Assembly: GCA_964016885.1 (NCBI GenBank)
Contig: OZ024740.1
Location: forward strand, 236,468,001 to 236,532,000
Reading direction: 5' to 3'
Source: Eledone cirrhosa
Lineage: Eukaryota
Length of the DNA: 64,000 nt
The first letter of the stretch is position 1; each line of letters begins with the position of its first letter. The position numbers were made by a program, and so were the translations under genes. Positions 41,436 to 54,710 of this stretch are shown piece after piece. The notes beneath the pieces are model-generated. The model saw only the letters and a program-made list of their open reading frames with translations, did no database searches and was not told where the DNA came from.

Positions 41436-44175
41436 TGTAAACATAAATAACACTAACCATGTTAAGGCTACGTACGGTAGTGGGGTGGCTAGTGTGGCCA
41501 TGTTTGAGAACCCCACGACCGTCATCAAACAATCGCACAACAGGAAAAAGAACAGGATGTCGCATCTCAGAGTTGCCACACTTAATGTTGCCACTCTAAC
41601 AGGTAGATCTGGTGAGATAGCGGAGATGCTGAAGAGAAGGCATGTGGATGTGTGCTGCGTGCAAAAGGTGCGATGAAGAGATGCCTCTGCGAGACTAATC
41701 GCAGGCAAACATTGTAGTTATAAGCTTTTCTGGGTGGGTAATGATGATGGGTTAGTTGGGGTGGGCATTTTACTGGTTGAGAGATGGATCAATAAGACAA
41801 TAGAGGTAGTTAGAGTTAGTAATAGAATAATTAAGCTTAGGTTAGTTGTAGGCAAGAGACTACTGACAATCATCTCTGCCTATGCTCCCCAGGCAGGCCT
41901 AGGTAAAGATGAGAAAGACTGCTTTTACGAGCAATTTTACAAACAGCCTCAATGACAGAGGACGGAGACATCGTTATGCTAGCAGGGGACTTCAATGGAC
42001 ATGTTGGACAGCTCCAGGATGGATTCACTGGGGTACATGGTGGGCATGGTTACGGCTCAAGAAATGAAGAAGGAGTGAGGCTTCTTGAATTTTGTGATGC
42101 AAATGCACTAACCATTTGCAACACTAACTTCCAGAAGCCTACCAACCACCTAATAACCTACAAATCAGGTGAGCACATAAGCCAGATTGACTTCCTGTTA
42201 GTTAGACAGTGAGACAGATGGATGGTGTCAAATACTAAGGCTTACCCCGGGGAAGAATGTACCCCACAGCATAGGTTAGTCGTTAGTGACATCTCAGTAA
42301 GCAAGAGAAAGAATGAGACATACAGGAAGGTGTGGAAAAGAAAGGTCTGGAAGCTAAAAGACCTTCCATTAAAATATAAATTTAGGAAAGCCCTTCAAGA
42401 TGCATACGATGAAAAAGAAGACGATTTAGAGTTGTATGATATAGATGATAACTGAAGTTTCTTGCATGACAACTTACTGCAGGCTACTGAAGAAACTTGT
42501 GGTTGGGGCAGAGCTTCCACCAGACAGAGAGTGAGCTGGTAGTGGAACAGCACAGTAGATAGGGCCATTAGAGACAAAAGACTGGCATGGAAAGCTTGGA
42601 AAAATGGTGGGAGTAAAGATGGATACACAGCCACTAAGAGAGAAGCTAGATGTCAGGTGTACCTAGCACACAGGGAGGCTGAGAGTAGGAGGTTTGCCAA
42701 TGTTCTGTGACGGGGAGATCAGAGACATGCGGTGTTCTGCATTGCAAGGCAGTGTGTCAGTGCAAATCAGGATGTTGTTGGAGATAAGTGTGTCCGGAAT
42801 GATGCTGGTGTACTTAGTGTCACAAATGATCAAAAGAAGGAGGCCTGGAAATGTCATTATGAGAGACTGATGTATCAGGTTATGAAAGTGACAGAGAGAA
42901 TATTAGTACAACTGATTAGAGAAAGGGTCAATTTAGATGAGATGCAGTTTGGTTTTGTGCCTCGGAAAAGTACAACAGATGCCTTCTTCACAGTGAGGCA
43001 ACTACAAGAGAGGTTCTTAAAGAAGAATAAGCCACTATACTTAGCTTTTGTTGACCTAGAGAAGGCCTTTGATAGGGTACCCCGATCTGTCATCTGGTGG
43101 TCCCTAAGGAAACTAGGGGTAGAGGAATGGCTTGTGAGGACAGTGCAAGCTATGTACAGGGGCTATCATGTCAGTAAAGTAAGAGTAGGAATGGAGTTTA
43201 GTGAGGAATTCCAGATACAAGTAGGTGTACATCAAGGTTCTGTCCACAGCCCACTCTTGTTCATTTTAGTCCTCCAAGCCATAACAGAGGAGTTTAAGAC
43301 TGGATGCCCATGGGAACTTCCTTATGCTGATAATTTGGTTCTTATAGCAGAATCAGTAAAGGAGCTAGAGTATAAATTCTGGCTATGGAAACAGCAGTTG
43401 GAATCAAGAGGACTGAGAGTGAACATAGCTAAAACAAAGGCATTGAGAAGTAGAAAAGAGGACAATACTCTGATTCCATCAGGGAAATGGCCATGTTCGA
43501 TATGTAGGAAAGGAACTGGCATAAATTCCATAAAATGTACGCAATGAAGATCTTGGGTACACAAGAGATGTAGTGGGATAGTAGGCAAACTAACAGGTAG
43601 GGAAAACTATGTATGCAGTAGATGTACAGGGAAAGTTGGCAGTAGTAATCGCAGTGATAGACTCATTTTTCAATGCAGGTAGGTTCTATAGAAGTGGTTG
43701 ATACCTTCCGGTACCTAGGTGATCAGATTAGTATGGGAGAGGGGGTGTTCCGAGGCCATAATATCTAGAATAAGGATGGGTTGGAAGAAGTTTAGGGAGC
43801 TGCTCCCTCTGTTGACAAAGAAGGGTTTCTCCCTGCATACAAAAGGACGGTTATATGATGCCTGTGTGAGGGGATAAGAGGGATATGCTGTGGTATGCAG
43901 GAGAGAAGGTTGAGATGGTATGGACATGTGATGCGCATGGAGGATGACCGATGGGTGAAGAAGTGCCAGGAAGTCCCAGTGAAGGGAAGACGCAGTAGAG
44001 GTAGACTACGAAAAACATGGGCGGAGGTGGTGAGAGCAGACCTCAGATTGCTGTAACTCACGGAGGAGATGACGAGGGACCGTGACAAGTGGAGAGATGC
44101 TGTGCTGAATAGGACCCGTCCCACCCTTGCAAGCAGGGAAAAGCGGATGTAAAATGATGATGACGATGATGATGA
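41436..44175 (+). mobile_element. Near-full-length degenerate RTE LINE (APE endonuclease + RT)
   Basis: APE motifs ATLNV, ISAYAPQ, AGDFNGHVG, SQIDF, QHRLV. RT motifs QFGF, AFVDLEKAFDRV, GVHQGS, YAD(N). Stops and internal deletions near 42872 and 43870; (GAT)n tail. Confidence 0.92.
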
Positions 44176-44325
44176 TATATATATATATATATAAAGAACA
44201 AAGAGGGTGTGGTAAGATACCAGGTGGACCATAACGCACCAGAGTACTCAATACTTAGGGTAGTAGAGTGGGTAATAGAGTTCGGATCTAGCTGTCGAAA
44301 CAGCCGGAGCTCAGTTGACTCTTTT

Positions 44326-44344
<19 letters not shown>

Positions 44345-44361
<17 letters not shown>

Positions 44362-45035
44362 CATCATCATTATCATCATCATCGTTTAACGTCCATATTC
44401 CACGCTTGCATGGGTTTGGACGGGAGTTTTCCCACTTGAGGCAAGAGTGATTGTCTTGCTCGCATAGGACTGTCTGGCGGGTTTTCTACAGCTGGATGCC
44501 CTTCCTAACACCAACCACATTTACAGTGTGGAACTGGGAGGTTTTTACCATGTTACCTACACGGCCACATTACAGCGTGGACTGTCTGGCGGGTTTTCTA
44601 CGGCTGGATGCCCTTCCTAACACCAACCACATTTACAGTGTGGGACTGGGAGGTTTTTACCGTGTTACCTACACGGCCACATTACAGCGTGGACTGTGTG
44701 TTTTTTGTCCTGACACCTACACGACCTCATTTGTTTAGGACTGGATGTTGTGACACCAACATAACTTTACATTGAAAGGGGTGGTGTGGATGGGGTGGGG
44801 GTAGTGGGACGGGGGTGTATTTTGTTAGAGGTGCCTACTGACTGTAGTAGGTTTTACTTTGTATTTAGGTAAGGCGGGTCTTCTCTATTACTGAGTACCG
44901 CCAAAGATCTCGGTCCAGTGACATTGTCTTGGAGAGGTGTAAGTGTGTGAGGTCGGAATTTATCAAGTCGTCCCAGGTTTTTCTGGGTCTGCCTACTCCG
45001 TGGCTACCGTCTATTTTTATTGCCCTGCACTTTTT
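44345..45035 (-). mobile_element. RTE LINE 3' end (same subfamily as 52060-52725)
   Basis: The reverse complement closely matches the 3' ORF end and UTR at 52060-52725, including the 112-bp internal tandem module. Confidence 0.85.
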
Positions 45036-45036
45036 T

Positions 45037-45098
<62 letters not shown>

Positions 45099-45821
45099 TA
45101 TATTTACATGTGTGTATATGTGAGTATATGTATGTATATACTTATCAGTGGATTGGCAGAGCTGTTAGAGTGTCAGACAAAATACTGAGCAGTATTTGTT
45201 CCGACTCTTTATTTTCTAAGTATAAATCTAACCGTGGTCAACTTTACCTTTCATCCTGCCAAGGCTTATGTTGTTATTTTGGCATTATTTCTATAACTAG
45301 ATATGGCTCTCTTCTCACAACCACATTTCAGTGAGGGTGATGGTATTTATTATGCCACCAGCACTAGTGGGGTTTTTCGCAACAAATATAAAGTCTCCTC
45401 TCAACTATATTGTTTTTGTTCCTTTCTTTTAAGCGAGGTTTTTTACAGTTGGATACCCTTCATAACACAAACCATTTTACAATATGAAATATATATACAT
45501 ATATATGTCTGCTTGTGTGCATATGTATATATGTTTTGGGAGTGTGTATGTGTATTTGTATATCTTGTATAAATGTTATGAATATGTGTATGTGTTCGGA
45601 TAATACACTTTATACTTCTTTTCAATATCCACCTAAGTTACATAGATTTATAAATCTATACCTGAGCAAGTATTGCCCTAGAGAAACTGTTGTGTATTTG
45701 GTGTGTTTCCATTGACAGCCACTTAGTCAAAAGATAAAAATTGTATATATATTCACCTAGATTAAATGCATTAGTATCATTCAGAAGCAATTGCACATCT
45801 TCAAAAGCACATCCTAAATAT

Positions 45822-46010
45822 TAATTGTTTCTACTTTTGGCACAAGGCCAGCAATTATCCCAGTGTATTACTGGTACTTTATTCTATCGACCCCTGTAAG
45901 GATGAAAGGCAAAGTTAACCTCGGCGGGATTTGAACTCAGAATGGCAAGGGCCGTAACTCTATGCTGCAAAGCATGGCGTCTGACCCTCTACTGATACTG
46001 CCAATCCAGC
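45822..46010 (-). mobile_element. tRNA-derived SINE (Meta-domain-like)
   Basis: Reverse-complement copy of the 11763 family. Confidence 0.85.
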
Positions 46011-46179
46011 ACCCATCTTAAATATTAATGGAGACTGAATAGACCCTAATATATCAGCGGTACATATTTCATTATCTTTCTCATTAAAGTCATTTCTATA
46101 ATGAGGTATAGTATGGTTGACTTGACCCAAATGAGAGTTGAATTCAGAATACACAGATACAAAATTAGATACTATAAAC

Positions 46180-46350
46180 ATGGCCTATGAGGTGGGGGGG
46201 GGGGGTTCCAGCCGGTACTTTGTTCCGGAGTCCAAGAGCTAAGAAGGCCCCACAACAACCATGCAACATCCATTTTGAGAAAAATCTTTGCCTGCTTCAG
46301 GCCCCAAAGGAATCTTGTACCGCCTTGCAAAATTTCTCTTGTAGGCCCTG
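46180..46350. mobile_element. hAT-like MITE
   Basis: Ends CATGGCC / GGCCCTG with imperfect 8-bp flanks ACTATAAA / TCTGTAAA. Confidence 0.4.
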
Positions 46351-47254
46351 TCTGTAAAGCATCTAGTCTCGTACTGTATTAGTTTTGTGAACCTACCTAC
46401 CAGGATTTAAATTATTCAAGCATAGACAATACAGGAACTGTCTTGATATTTGTGGCCATCATTGGAAGCCAATGTATAAACAACAACAACATAAACAACA
46501 GCAGCAGTCTGGTAGAGTGTTTATCATTGCCTCTACTGTTTAGTTTCCATAAAATGAACAGGGTTGCAGAAAAAAAAAGAAAGAAAAAAGGAAATATATA
46601 ACTTGCTAGGACAGGCAGAAAGCCAGGTTTTTGGAGGCAGCTGAAAATTCATAAATATATACAAATTAGAAAGGAATTAGCCATTAAGCCTATTATTATC
46701 ATGAAAACTGTCCCTCCTACCAAGCAACACAATTATGTGCAGAATTTCCATTGACAAACTGGATAATGTTCCCAAAGTTGTAACGATTTTTAAAGACTGT
46801 TATGTTCAAACTAGCAAGATGCGAAGATTTATTTGATGTGTCAGATAAATTATTGATAAATCCATCAAAGGTAGTTATGTTTATGGCTATTTTTGCAACA
46901 AAGATGAAGTATGGACAGCTATGTAGCAGCATTTTACTGATTCAGAATAGTTTTTATATCGACAGCAAACCACTACAAACAACTGCAGTAATTTTCTATC
47001 ATAATGATTTCGACCACTGCCATAGTTACTTCAATCATATCTAAAAATATTAAAATGCATTCAAAGTACTTTTTTTCTTTTTTCATGACAGTACCTCAAT
47101 ACAAATTACTTTAATTGCAACACTTGTAGTTTACAAATAGCTGCATATGGTGAACTTTGGCAACCCAGTGAATATTTCAATATTGTTTTACTTCCTGTTT
47201 GGTGAGTCTATCATAACAATTTATTAGTTATTAACTTTTATAATAATAATAATA

Positions 47255-47447
47255 ATAATTGTTTCTACTTTTGGCACAAGACCAGCAATTATCCAATGTA
47301 TTACTGGTACTTTATTTTATCGACCCCGTAAGGATGAAAGACAAAGTTAACCTCGGCGGGATTTGAACTCAGAATGGAAAGGGCTGTAACTCTTTGCATC
47401 AAAGCATGGCGTCCGACCCTCTACCGATACTGCCAATGCACTGCCTT
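47255..47447 (-). mobile_element. tRNA-derived SINE in (TAA)n
   Basis: Reverse-complement copy of the 11763 family, flanked by (AAT)n. Confidence 0.85.
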
Positions 47448-47467
47448 TATAATAATAATAATATTGG

Positions 47468-48240
47468 AAATTATTGTGTACAGTGCTCAGGTGTACTACA
47501 ACTTATCAAAGTGCATGAATAGTACATAGAATAATGTACAAATGTCAGGAAAGTGAACGGTGTATCAGTCATGATATACACACATACATACACACACGTG
47601 TGCGTGTGTATGGAGGGGAATATCAGGTGTAGTGTTGGTGAATTTCGGGAAGCATGGAAATTTTGAAGGATACAGTGTGTCAACAGCTAACAACAGATGC
47701 AGGTAGTTTGTTCCATGTTTCAGCAACTCTAAGCATGAAAAAATGTTTCCGAAAGTCATGGGAGCTGTGGTGTTTTCTGATTTTGTAAGCATGTCCACAG
47801 GTGTTAGACATATGGAATTCAAAAAGGTGCTCAGGGTTGTTGTTGGATAGATGATAATTAAACTTGTGGGTGTCTACCAAGTCAGTTGCCAGATGCCAGA
47901 GCTTTAATGTATCTAGAGAAGCAAGGTGTTCAGAGTATGGTAAATGCCTGATGGAGGGTATTCATTTGGTTGCATGGAGATCAATATTCTGAGCAAGATA
48001 GTGGTTCCAGACTGGTGATGCAAGTTCTAAGTTTGGATGCACCATAGCTATATAGAGCTTTAAATAGATAGCTGGAGAGCGGCTGACAAAGGTCTTACTG
48101 AGTGATGCTAAGACACCTTCAGCCTTCTAGCCAATTTTAGAGACGTGCTTTGTCCAACACAAATTGCTGTTGACAATAATGCCCAGGTCACATTCACAAG
48201 AAGACTTTTTATATTGAATTCATTTAATACTCAACACTCA
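47468..48240 (-). mobile_element. Degenerate CR1-clade LINE 3' end
   Basis: Translation fragments DLGIIV, HPNLELASPVWNH, TCGHAYKIRK..FRKHFFMLRVAETWNKLP are typical of the CR1 C-terminus. Confidence 0.8.
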
Positions 48241-48539
48241 TTGCCAATGTTGGGCAATGTGTTTCACATAGGAAAGAAGATCATTTGTTAAAGAATAGTT
48301 ATCCTGTTTAAAAAGCTGACATATACAAAACATAGAGTCAACTATGACTTGCTTTATGATTATTCTATTTGATATATCTACACATACCTGCTGCCACTTA
48401 GAACAAACTGATGAGATACCTAACTTGTGCAGGCATCACACAGAACCATCACAGTACAATGTACACTTTCAAAAAGACATTATCAAGTTACAGATTCTTC
48501 TCTCCAAATTACCTCACAGATTCAGACCACTACACTTAA

Positions 48540-49100
48540 CCCTTTCCATACCAACACACCTACAATTTCCCCCAGCCCTATGAAACAAAACCACCAATTC
48601 TAAGGATTCCTTTTTAAATTAATTGTTTCTACTATTGGCACAAGGCCAGCAATTAACCAGTACATTACTGGTACTTTATTTTATCGACCCCATAAGGATG
48701 AAAGGCAAAGTTAACCCTTTTTAAATTAATATCTTCCTTTTTAAATTAGATTCCTTTTTAAATTAATATCTTCCAACATAATTTTACATAAGAATGGTAT
48801 GTTATGTTACTATCTTAGTAATGGAATAATTAATACAGGTGTTAGCTGAAAAGTTCATAGGCTGACTATGAAGAATTGATGCGAGAGTTGTAAAATCTTG
48901 CATACATTAATTTCAACTCTTCTTATAACTGCATTGTTTCTTTACAGAGACTATGTTGAAAAATAAACTGCATTTGGTCATTCCATGAGAGTATCTTCAA
49001 CTTTTCAGCTGACGCTCATAATTTTAGTAAATTCTTCAAAATTCTTCATTAATTAATTGAAATAGAATGTATCTTAATTAGAAATATGGTCATAAAAGGG
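48540..49100. mobile_element. Second piggyBac-type MITE with a nested SINE fragment and a mariner-like MITE
   Basis: TTAA|CCCTTT...AAAGGG|TTAA. SINE 3' piece at about 48620-48716. TA-flanked TIRs TACAGGTGTTAGCTGAAAAGTT / AACTTTTCAGCTGACGCTCATA at about 48834-49020. Confidence 0.55.
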
Positions 49101-49562
49101 TTAACAAACACACTATAAGCAAACAAGAGAGCCTTTATGTTGTCATTTGCTAGAAACACTAGCCAAACATCTCTCAAATCACCCACTTAAAAAAAGGAAA
49201 GAAGAGCGCATTAGACAATGTAGTCCAAGATACACAATTTTAACTATCTATAGTACAGATGAGAGGATATATATTAAGTCTATCACCATATATTAAAACT
49301 CTAGTCAAATTATTTACTATAAGCTTTTATGTTTTAAACTGGTGGAAAGGCAGCAATATAGCTTTAAAGCAGTAAAGAAGAAAATAGAACTTTCTGGCCA
49401 TCAATTTAGTTAATAATGGTGGTCGTGGTGTTATAGTAGTATTGAGGGTGGTATAGTAGTGTTGTAGTATTCATGGTGAATCTTCTTTTCTAATTCTAAT
49501 GTCTTCATTTGGTTTTCAACATAACATAGGAAGGATGAAAGACAAAGTTGATATATATATAT

Positions 49563-50003
49563 AGACCCAAGAAGACCTGGGATGAGGTGATAAAGGATGA
49601 CCTTAACCAATTGCACCTCTCAAAGGTGATGATACAGGACCAAGACCTCTGGCGTTACACAGTAATACAGAAGACCCAACTTCCCATGGGTACAAGCTGA
49701 AGCTGAAGCATATAGACTGTATGCTGCCACCCCCTCCCACTGCAAAGTGGTCATGGAGGTGTCACGACAAAAAAGCAGCCAGTGCACACTGTAAAGTGGT
49801 TGTGTAGGCGCCATGGTAAAAAAGCACCCAGTACTCACTGAAAATGAGGTTGGTGTTAGGAAGGGCATCCAGCTGTAGAAACCGAGCCAAAATCAGTTCC
49901 CGTATGGGCAAGACATGGTCACCTGACCTGGCATTGCCCACAGCAGAACAACCCATATAACCCATGCTAGCGTGGAAGAATGGACGTAAAACAGTGATGA
50001 TCA

Positions 50004-50005
<2 letters not shown>
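49563..50005 (+). mobile_element. RTE/SINE 3'-end fragment
   Basis: RPKKTWDEVIKDDL followed by the shared UTR module and an AACCCATGCTAGCGTGGAAG..GGACGTAAAA tail. Confidence 0.75.
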
Positions 50006-50052
<47 letters not shown>

Positions 50053-50106
50053 TAAAAAAATAATGAATAAAACAATGAAACAGTTCCTTATATTAAACAA
50101 AAAAAG

Positions 50107-50259
50107 TTCATTATTTAACGATCGTTTCTAGGACATATATGTGTTACAATTGGCATGCATATTCAACAGATCTATGTACAAAATTATACAAAATTATACA
50201 AACTATCAAATTTAATATACATACCAACACATACATATGCCGTCTTCAGAAATAATGAA
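50107..50259 (-). ncRNA. Type I hammerhead in the 3' pLTR (sense to the PLE ORF)
   Basis: 10-bp stem I UUCAUUAUUU/AAAUAAUGAA, CUGAAGA, stem II domain of about 115 nt, GAAA, palindromic AACGAUCGUU, GUU triplet. Confidence 0.85.
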
Positions 50260-51053
50260 ATATATTTATTGATAATAACAACAATTCAAAATTACAGGTC
50301 TGTTTGGGAACAGAGTTCAAATTGACCAATGAAATTCACAAAAAATATATCTAGAAAATACAGTTAGGTGTGTGTATATATGTAAGTAACTTCGTTCACA
50401 GATATGCATAAAAATATATGTTCACATGCATACGCATGTCGAAAAAATGTATGTAAATACAAAAATTCAGGGCTAATGTCTCTGTATGTTTATAATCTAC
50501 AGATAAAATACACACACATATATAAACATATATACATTCATATATACACACATAAACATACATTCACACACACACGCGCATATACGCATAAACATACACA
50601 TAACCACGAACATACATACACACACACACCCACACACACACACACATATGTGTATATATTATTATCATAAGCATATGGACATTAAGGCGTGCACATAAGC
50701 ACTGCCACATATATTTAGATCCAGATACAGAAAGTAGGTGGGGGGGGGGCAGTATTTACGGGTGTCAGACAGACTGCCTATTTAAAAATGTATCTATAAA
50801 TTTAGAAATAAAAAGAAGAGTATTAAAAAATATATATATATATAAAAACAAGTAAAATATAAAATACACATCGATATATATATATATATATATATACATA
50901 CATACATACACATATATATATACATATAAATATACAACTATATATACATACATATACACACACATATATATAGAGACATACATATACACATATAAATACA
51001 TAGACACATATACATACACACATATATATACATATACATAATTCACAATACAC

Positions 51054-51086
<33 letters not shown>

Positions 51087-51111
51087 TGTACATACACATA
51101 TACACACATAC

Positions 51112-51166
<55 letters not shown>

Positions 51167-51167
51167 T

Positions 51168-52728
51168 CAGGGCTCTGTTCTTAGCCCCCTACTATTTATT
51201 ATTGCCCTTCAGGCTATAACAGAGGAGTTCAAGACCGGCTGCCCATGGGAACTCCTATACGCAGATGATCTAACGCTCATAGCTGAATCAATGACCGAAC
51301 TAGAGAAGAAATTCCAAACATGGAAGCACGGCCTAGAATCAAAAGGCCTTAAAATTAACCTGGCTAAGACAAAAGTTCTAGTTTGTAGGAAAGAAAATAT
51401 TGCAGCAGTCCCATCTGGGAAATGGCCATGCTCAGTGTGTAGGAAAGGCGTAGGTAGAAACTCCATTTTATGTCCCAAATGCAAAGTATGGGTGCATAAA
51501 AGATGTAGTGGGATCACAGGTAAGCTAACTAAGAACATAGATTTTACATGTGGCCGGTGTTCTGGTGCAATAAGTAGCAGCAAGTGCCCACAAAATACTA
51601 GCTCCTTCAACTGCGCAGAGGGTTCTATAGAAATAGTGGACAGCTTCCGTTACCTGGGTGACAAAATCAGCAGTGGGGGAGGGTGCTCTGAAAGTACAGT
51701 AGCTAGAGTCAGAACTGGATGGAAAAAGTTCAGAGAGCTTATACCACTATTAGCCGCTAGAGGGTTCTCCCTAAAAATGAAAGGCAGGTTATACGATGCC
51801 TGCATACGAACAGCAATGCTGCATGGCAGTGAGACCTGGGCATTGTGTGCAGAGGATATACGCAGACTAGAGAGGAACGAAGCTTGCATGCTCCGCTGGA
51901 TGTGCAATAGTAATATACGTGAACGGCAAAGCATAAACGAACTAAGGAAAAAATTAGAAATAAGAGGGATCAGATGTTGTTTACTCGAGAGAAGGCTACG
52001 TTGGTACGGTCACGTGATACGCATGAAAGACGACAGCTGTATAACAAAGTGCAGGGCAATAAAGATAGACGGTAGCCACGGAGTAGGCAGACCCAGAAAA
52101 ACATGGGACGAGCTGATAAATTCCGACCTCACACGCTTACACCTCTCCAAGACAATGTCACTGGACCGAGACCTTTGGCGGTACTCAGTAATAGAGAAGA
52201 CCCGCCTTACCTAAATACAAAGTAAAAACCTACTACAGTCAGTAGGCATCTCTATCAAAACACCCCCCCGTCCCACCACCTCCACCCCATCCACACCGCC
52301 CCTTTCAATGTACAGTTATGTTGGTCCCACAACATCCAGGCCGAAACAAATGAGATTGTGTAGGTGTCACGACAAAAAAAACACACAGTCCACGCTGTAA
52401 ATGTGGCCGTGTAGGCAACACGGTAAAAACCTCCCAGCCCCACACTGTAAATGTGGTTGGTGTTAGGAAGGGCATCCAGCTGTAGAAAACCCGCCAGACA
52501 GTCCACGCTGTAATGTGGCCGTGTAGGCAACACGGTAAAAACCTCCCAGCCCCACACTGTAAATGTGGTTGGTGTTAGGAAGGGCATCCAACTGTAGAAA
52601 ACCCGCCAGACAGTCCTATGCGAGCAAGACAACCACTCTTGCCTCAAGTGGGAAAACCCCCGTCCAAACCCATGCAAGCGTGGAACACGGACGCTAAACC
52701 TGATGATGATGATGATGATGATGATGAT
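51168..52728 (+). mobile_element. 5'-truncated RTE LINE nested in the PLE 3' region, with an intact RT C-terminal half
   Basis: Open frame [41 protein letters not shown] to the stop at 52214. The 3' UTR has a 112-bp tandem duplication and a (GAT)n tail. Confidence 0.92.
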
Positions 52729-52762
52729 ATACACTCACACTTATACACACACACATATACAT

Positions 52763-52819
<57 letters not shown>

Positions 52820-52975
52820 TACATACATACACATACATACACACACACACACATACACATACATATACGCATATATACACACACACACACATCCATGTAT
52901 GCATATACACATACAACTACACGCTCACACTACTCAGACATACATAAATAAAGAGATATACATACACACATATAC

Positions 52976-53043
<68 letters not shown>

Positions 53044-53105
53044 ATATATACACACATAAATATATATACACACACACACACACACATATATACATATATA
53101 TATAT

Positions 53106-53150
<45 letters not shown>

Positions 53151-53397
53151 CATATACATATATACATATATATAAAATAAATAAATAAATAAATAAATAA
53201 ATAAATACACAGTCAGACAATTATGCACACAAATATATATATATATATATACACATACACACATCAACTACAAATATATATATACATATATATACTCACA
53301 TATACACGCACACATACGCATATATATACACACACACACATACACATAGACATATATATATACATATACATACACATACACATATACACACATACAT

Positions 53398-53442
<45 letters not shown>

Positions 53443-53689
53443 TATATATATACACAATCATACACCCTTATTTACATGCGCACATATGTATTTTTATACT
53501 CACATACAAGCACCCAAACATACATACCTACCTACATATACATACGTACATCCACGCTTACAAATACAAATAAATATAGGGGGGGGAGGGGATTATAGTA
53601 AAAATAGGTTTCAAGGAACATAGAATATTAAATAGCATCTAGATCATAATGTGTGTTTACATAGTAGTTTCAGTATTAGGAAATGTAAG

Positions 53690-54091
53690 AAAGAAAGCAA
53701 AATTATGTATTTTAATATAAGTAGACTATTAATTATAGGTTAACTAAATTAAAAATAGTTAATATATTGATTTCTAAGGTGTATATTACTTAGGTTTATA
53801 ATCTTTGAAGCGGAATTTTGAAGTTAAACAATAGTAGAGTATTAATTATAGCATAACTAAATTAAAAATATTAACATTATGGTATCAATACTAGGAAATG
53901 AATTTAGTAATAGGGAAAAAAACCAAATCAAGTATTTCATCGGTAGTAGAATATAAATTATAGGTTAACTAAATTAAAAATTATATATTAATTTCTATAG
54001 TATATGTTAATTAGGTTTATAATAATTAAAACAGATTTTGTATTTTATCTATAGTAAAATATAATTATAGGTTAACAAAAAATAATAAAAA

Positions 54092-54139
<48 letters not shown>

Positions 54140-54710
54140 TATATACACATATATACATATATATATATATACATACATACATATATTTAATTGTAAAGAA
54201 TATATTAATTAGGTATATATTTAAAATTTTTCTCAGTTTATGATTACATGATATTCTGCAATCCATCTGTATTAGAATTTTAATTTTAAGCTAATTAAAA
54301 TAAAATTTTAGGTTAACTAAATTAAAATTAAATTATAAATATATTTCTAAATTGTACATTAATTAGGTTTATAATATTAAAAAATACTTCTCTGTCAATG
54401 ATTACACGCTATTTTGTTATATTTCATCTGTAAAGGAATTTTAATAAAAGGTTAAATAAACTAAAATTAATCTATAAATTAATTTACAAAGTATATATTA
54501 ATTATGTTAATAATATTTAAAAGTTTTTCACAATTTATGATTACACAATATTTTATAATCTCAACTGTAGTAGAATTTTAATTAAATTAAATTTATAGGT
54601 TAACTAACATTTAAATTAAATTATATATTAATTTCTAAAATTATATTATTAATTAGGTTTATAATATTTAAATGTTTTTCTTAGTTTATAATTACACGAT
54701 ATAATTAATT
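53690..54710 (-). repeat. Degenerate tandem repeat (roughly 150-bp period) derived from the PLE ORF 3' end
   Basis: Recurrent GGTTAACTAAATTAAAA..ATTAATTAGGTTTATAAT blocks. ORF-track SCNHKLRKI echoes the ORF end SCNYKLRKT. Confidence 0.7.
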
